From positions 1 to 35,291 of the IMG/VR virus record IMGVR_UViG_3300037566_000016: 35,291 bases of DNA. One strand, 5' to 3'. Positions 34,704-35,291 of this stretch are shown here, piece after piece; position 1 is the first letter of the stretch, and every line of letters starts with the position of its first letter. A program made the translations under genes and the position numbers. Under the pieces are notes generated by a model. That model saw only the letters and a program-made list of their open reading frames with translations. It was not told where the DNA came from and made no database searches. The DNA comes from a virus (taxonomy: Duplodnaviria > Caudoviricetes).

Positions 34704-35041
34704 GAAGAAAAGACTTCGACAATCGCCAGTCTAAGGGGCTTCGCAAGGGTTCAAGCGCAACGACCGATAAATGGATCTATCGAAACGGTCGTCCGGTCTA
34801 CAATCTGACCCGCCGCCGCTGGTATTCCAAGAAAATTGGCACACGCTGGGGTAGCTACGTCCTGGGGCGCCGCAGATGCAGCATTCGCCTGCTGGAGCAC
34901 GGTGAACTGGTCGTCTCCGCCTACAAGACGCAGAAAGGCGATCTGCGCTACACCGATCCGGTCACGTCCAAAGCCAGCAAAGCAGGCCCGGGCGTTCTCT
35001 ACCGTGTCCGAGTGAAACTGAAACAACCGGTGGCAGCATGA
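34700..35041 (+). CDS. Hypothetical basic protein
   Basis: RBS AGGAG, ATGA overlaps at both ends. Confidence 0.65.
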   Translation: MRRKDFDNRQSKGLRKGSSATTDKWIYRNGRPVYNLTRRRWYSKKIGTRWGSYVLGRRRCSIRLLEHGELVVSAYKTQKGDLRYTDPVTSKASKAGPGVLYRVRVKLKQPVAA

Positions 35042-35166
35042 TCATTCCCGAACACCTCATCATCGTAGGTCTCGACACCGAGACCACCGGCTTTGTGCAG
35101 CCGGACCATCGCATCGTTGAGGTCTATAACGGCCTCTGGCGCGGCGGTAAGAAGATTTTCGAATAG
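35038..35166 (+). pseudogene. dnaQ: DnaQ-like DEDDh 3'-5' exonuclease, truncated after 42 codons
   Basis: MIIPEHLIIVGLDTETTGFVQPDHRIVEVYNGLWRGGKKIFE*; ExoI motif DTETTG, then TAG at 35164-35166. Confidence 0.8.
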
Positions 35167-35291
35167 GCCCCATCGGAAGGTTTCTTCGTAGAACCACGCT
35201 AAGGAAGAACTTTCAGCGAACACAATCAGGTTCCCCAGTCTCTGGCTGGCCTGATGTTCAGTGGTCGCGCAATTTTGCGGTCTGCGGCTCC
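35166..35291. mobile_element. Probable IS end interrupting dnaQ (family uncertain, IS5- or ISL3-like start)
   Basis: Coding sequence breaks abruptly at GAA-TA|GGCCCCATCGG; 126 non-coding-looking bases to the window end, the same length as the IS66 stub at the other end. Confidence 0.55.

Noticed and set aside
34999-35223. 74-aa minus-strand ORF as a transposase fragment
   Set aside because: Crosses the insertion junction into antisense dnaQ and has no transposase motifs

Overview
One + strand block of about 45 tightly packed, often translationally coupled genes from the replication, recombination and nucleotide-metabolism region of a large temperate phage or phage-plasmid. Gene content resembles SSU5/pHCM2-type phage-plasmids; an alphaproteobacterial host is an inference. 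It encodes CobT/CobS (vWA plus MoxR-type AAA+), a sigma-70-like factor, DnaE with a degenerate UDG-like C-terminal domain, a UvsY-like protein, a gp32-like SSB, a 5'-3' exonuclease, RecA, ASCH, a ParB-like protein, SbcD/SbcC, a DUF4942-type methyltransferase, RuvC, class II RNR with glutaredoxin, ThyX, dUTPase, a P-loop kinase, an HD hydrolase, rIIA/rIIB, an HNH nuclease and a DnaQ-like exonuclease. Both ends are insertion junctions: an IS66 left end truncates cobT, and an unclassified insertion truncates dnaQ. The most striking unannotated layer is regulatory: (i) 12 copies of an 18-bp palindromic operator, TAAGTAAG-N2-CTTACTTA; (ii) 10 promoters with an extended -10 (TGCTATAnT), no canonical -35 and an AYCC box usually repeated 11 bp upstream; (iii) promoters built into hairpins that can form only in read-through RNA; (iv) C-terminal Ala-Ala (ClpXP-type degron) ends on many replication and recombination proteins. 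All calls come from reading the sequence by eye; no searches were run.
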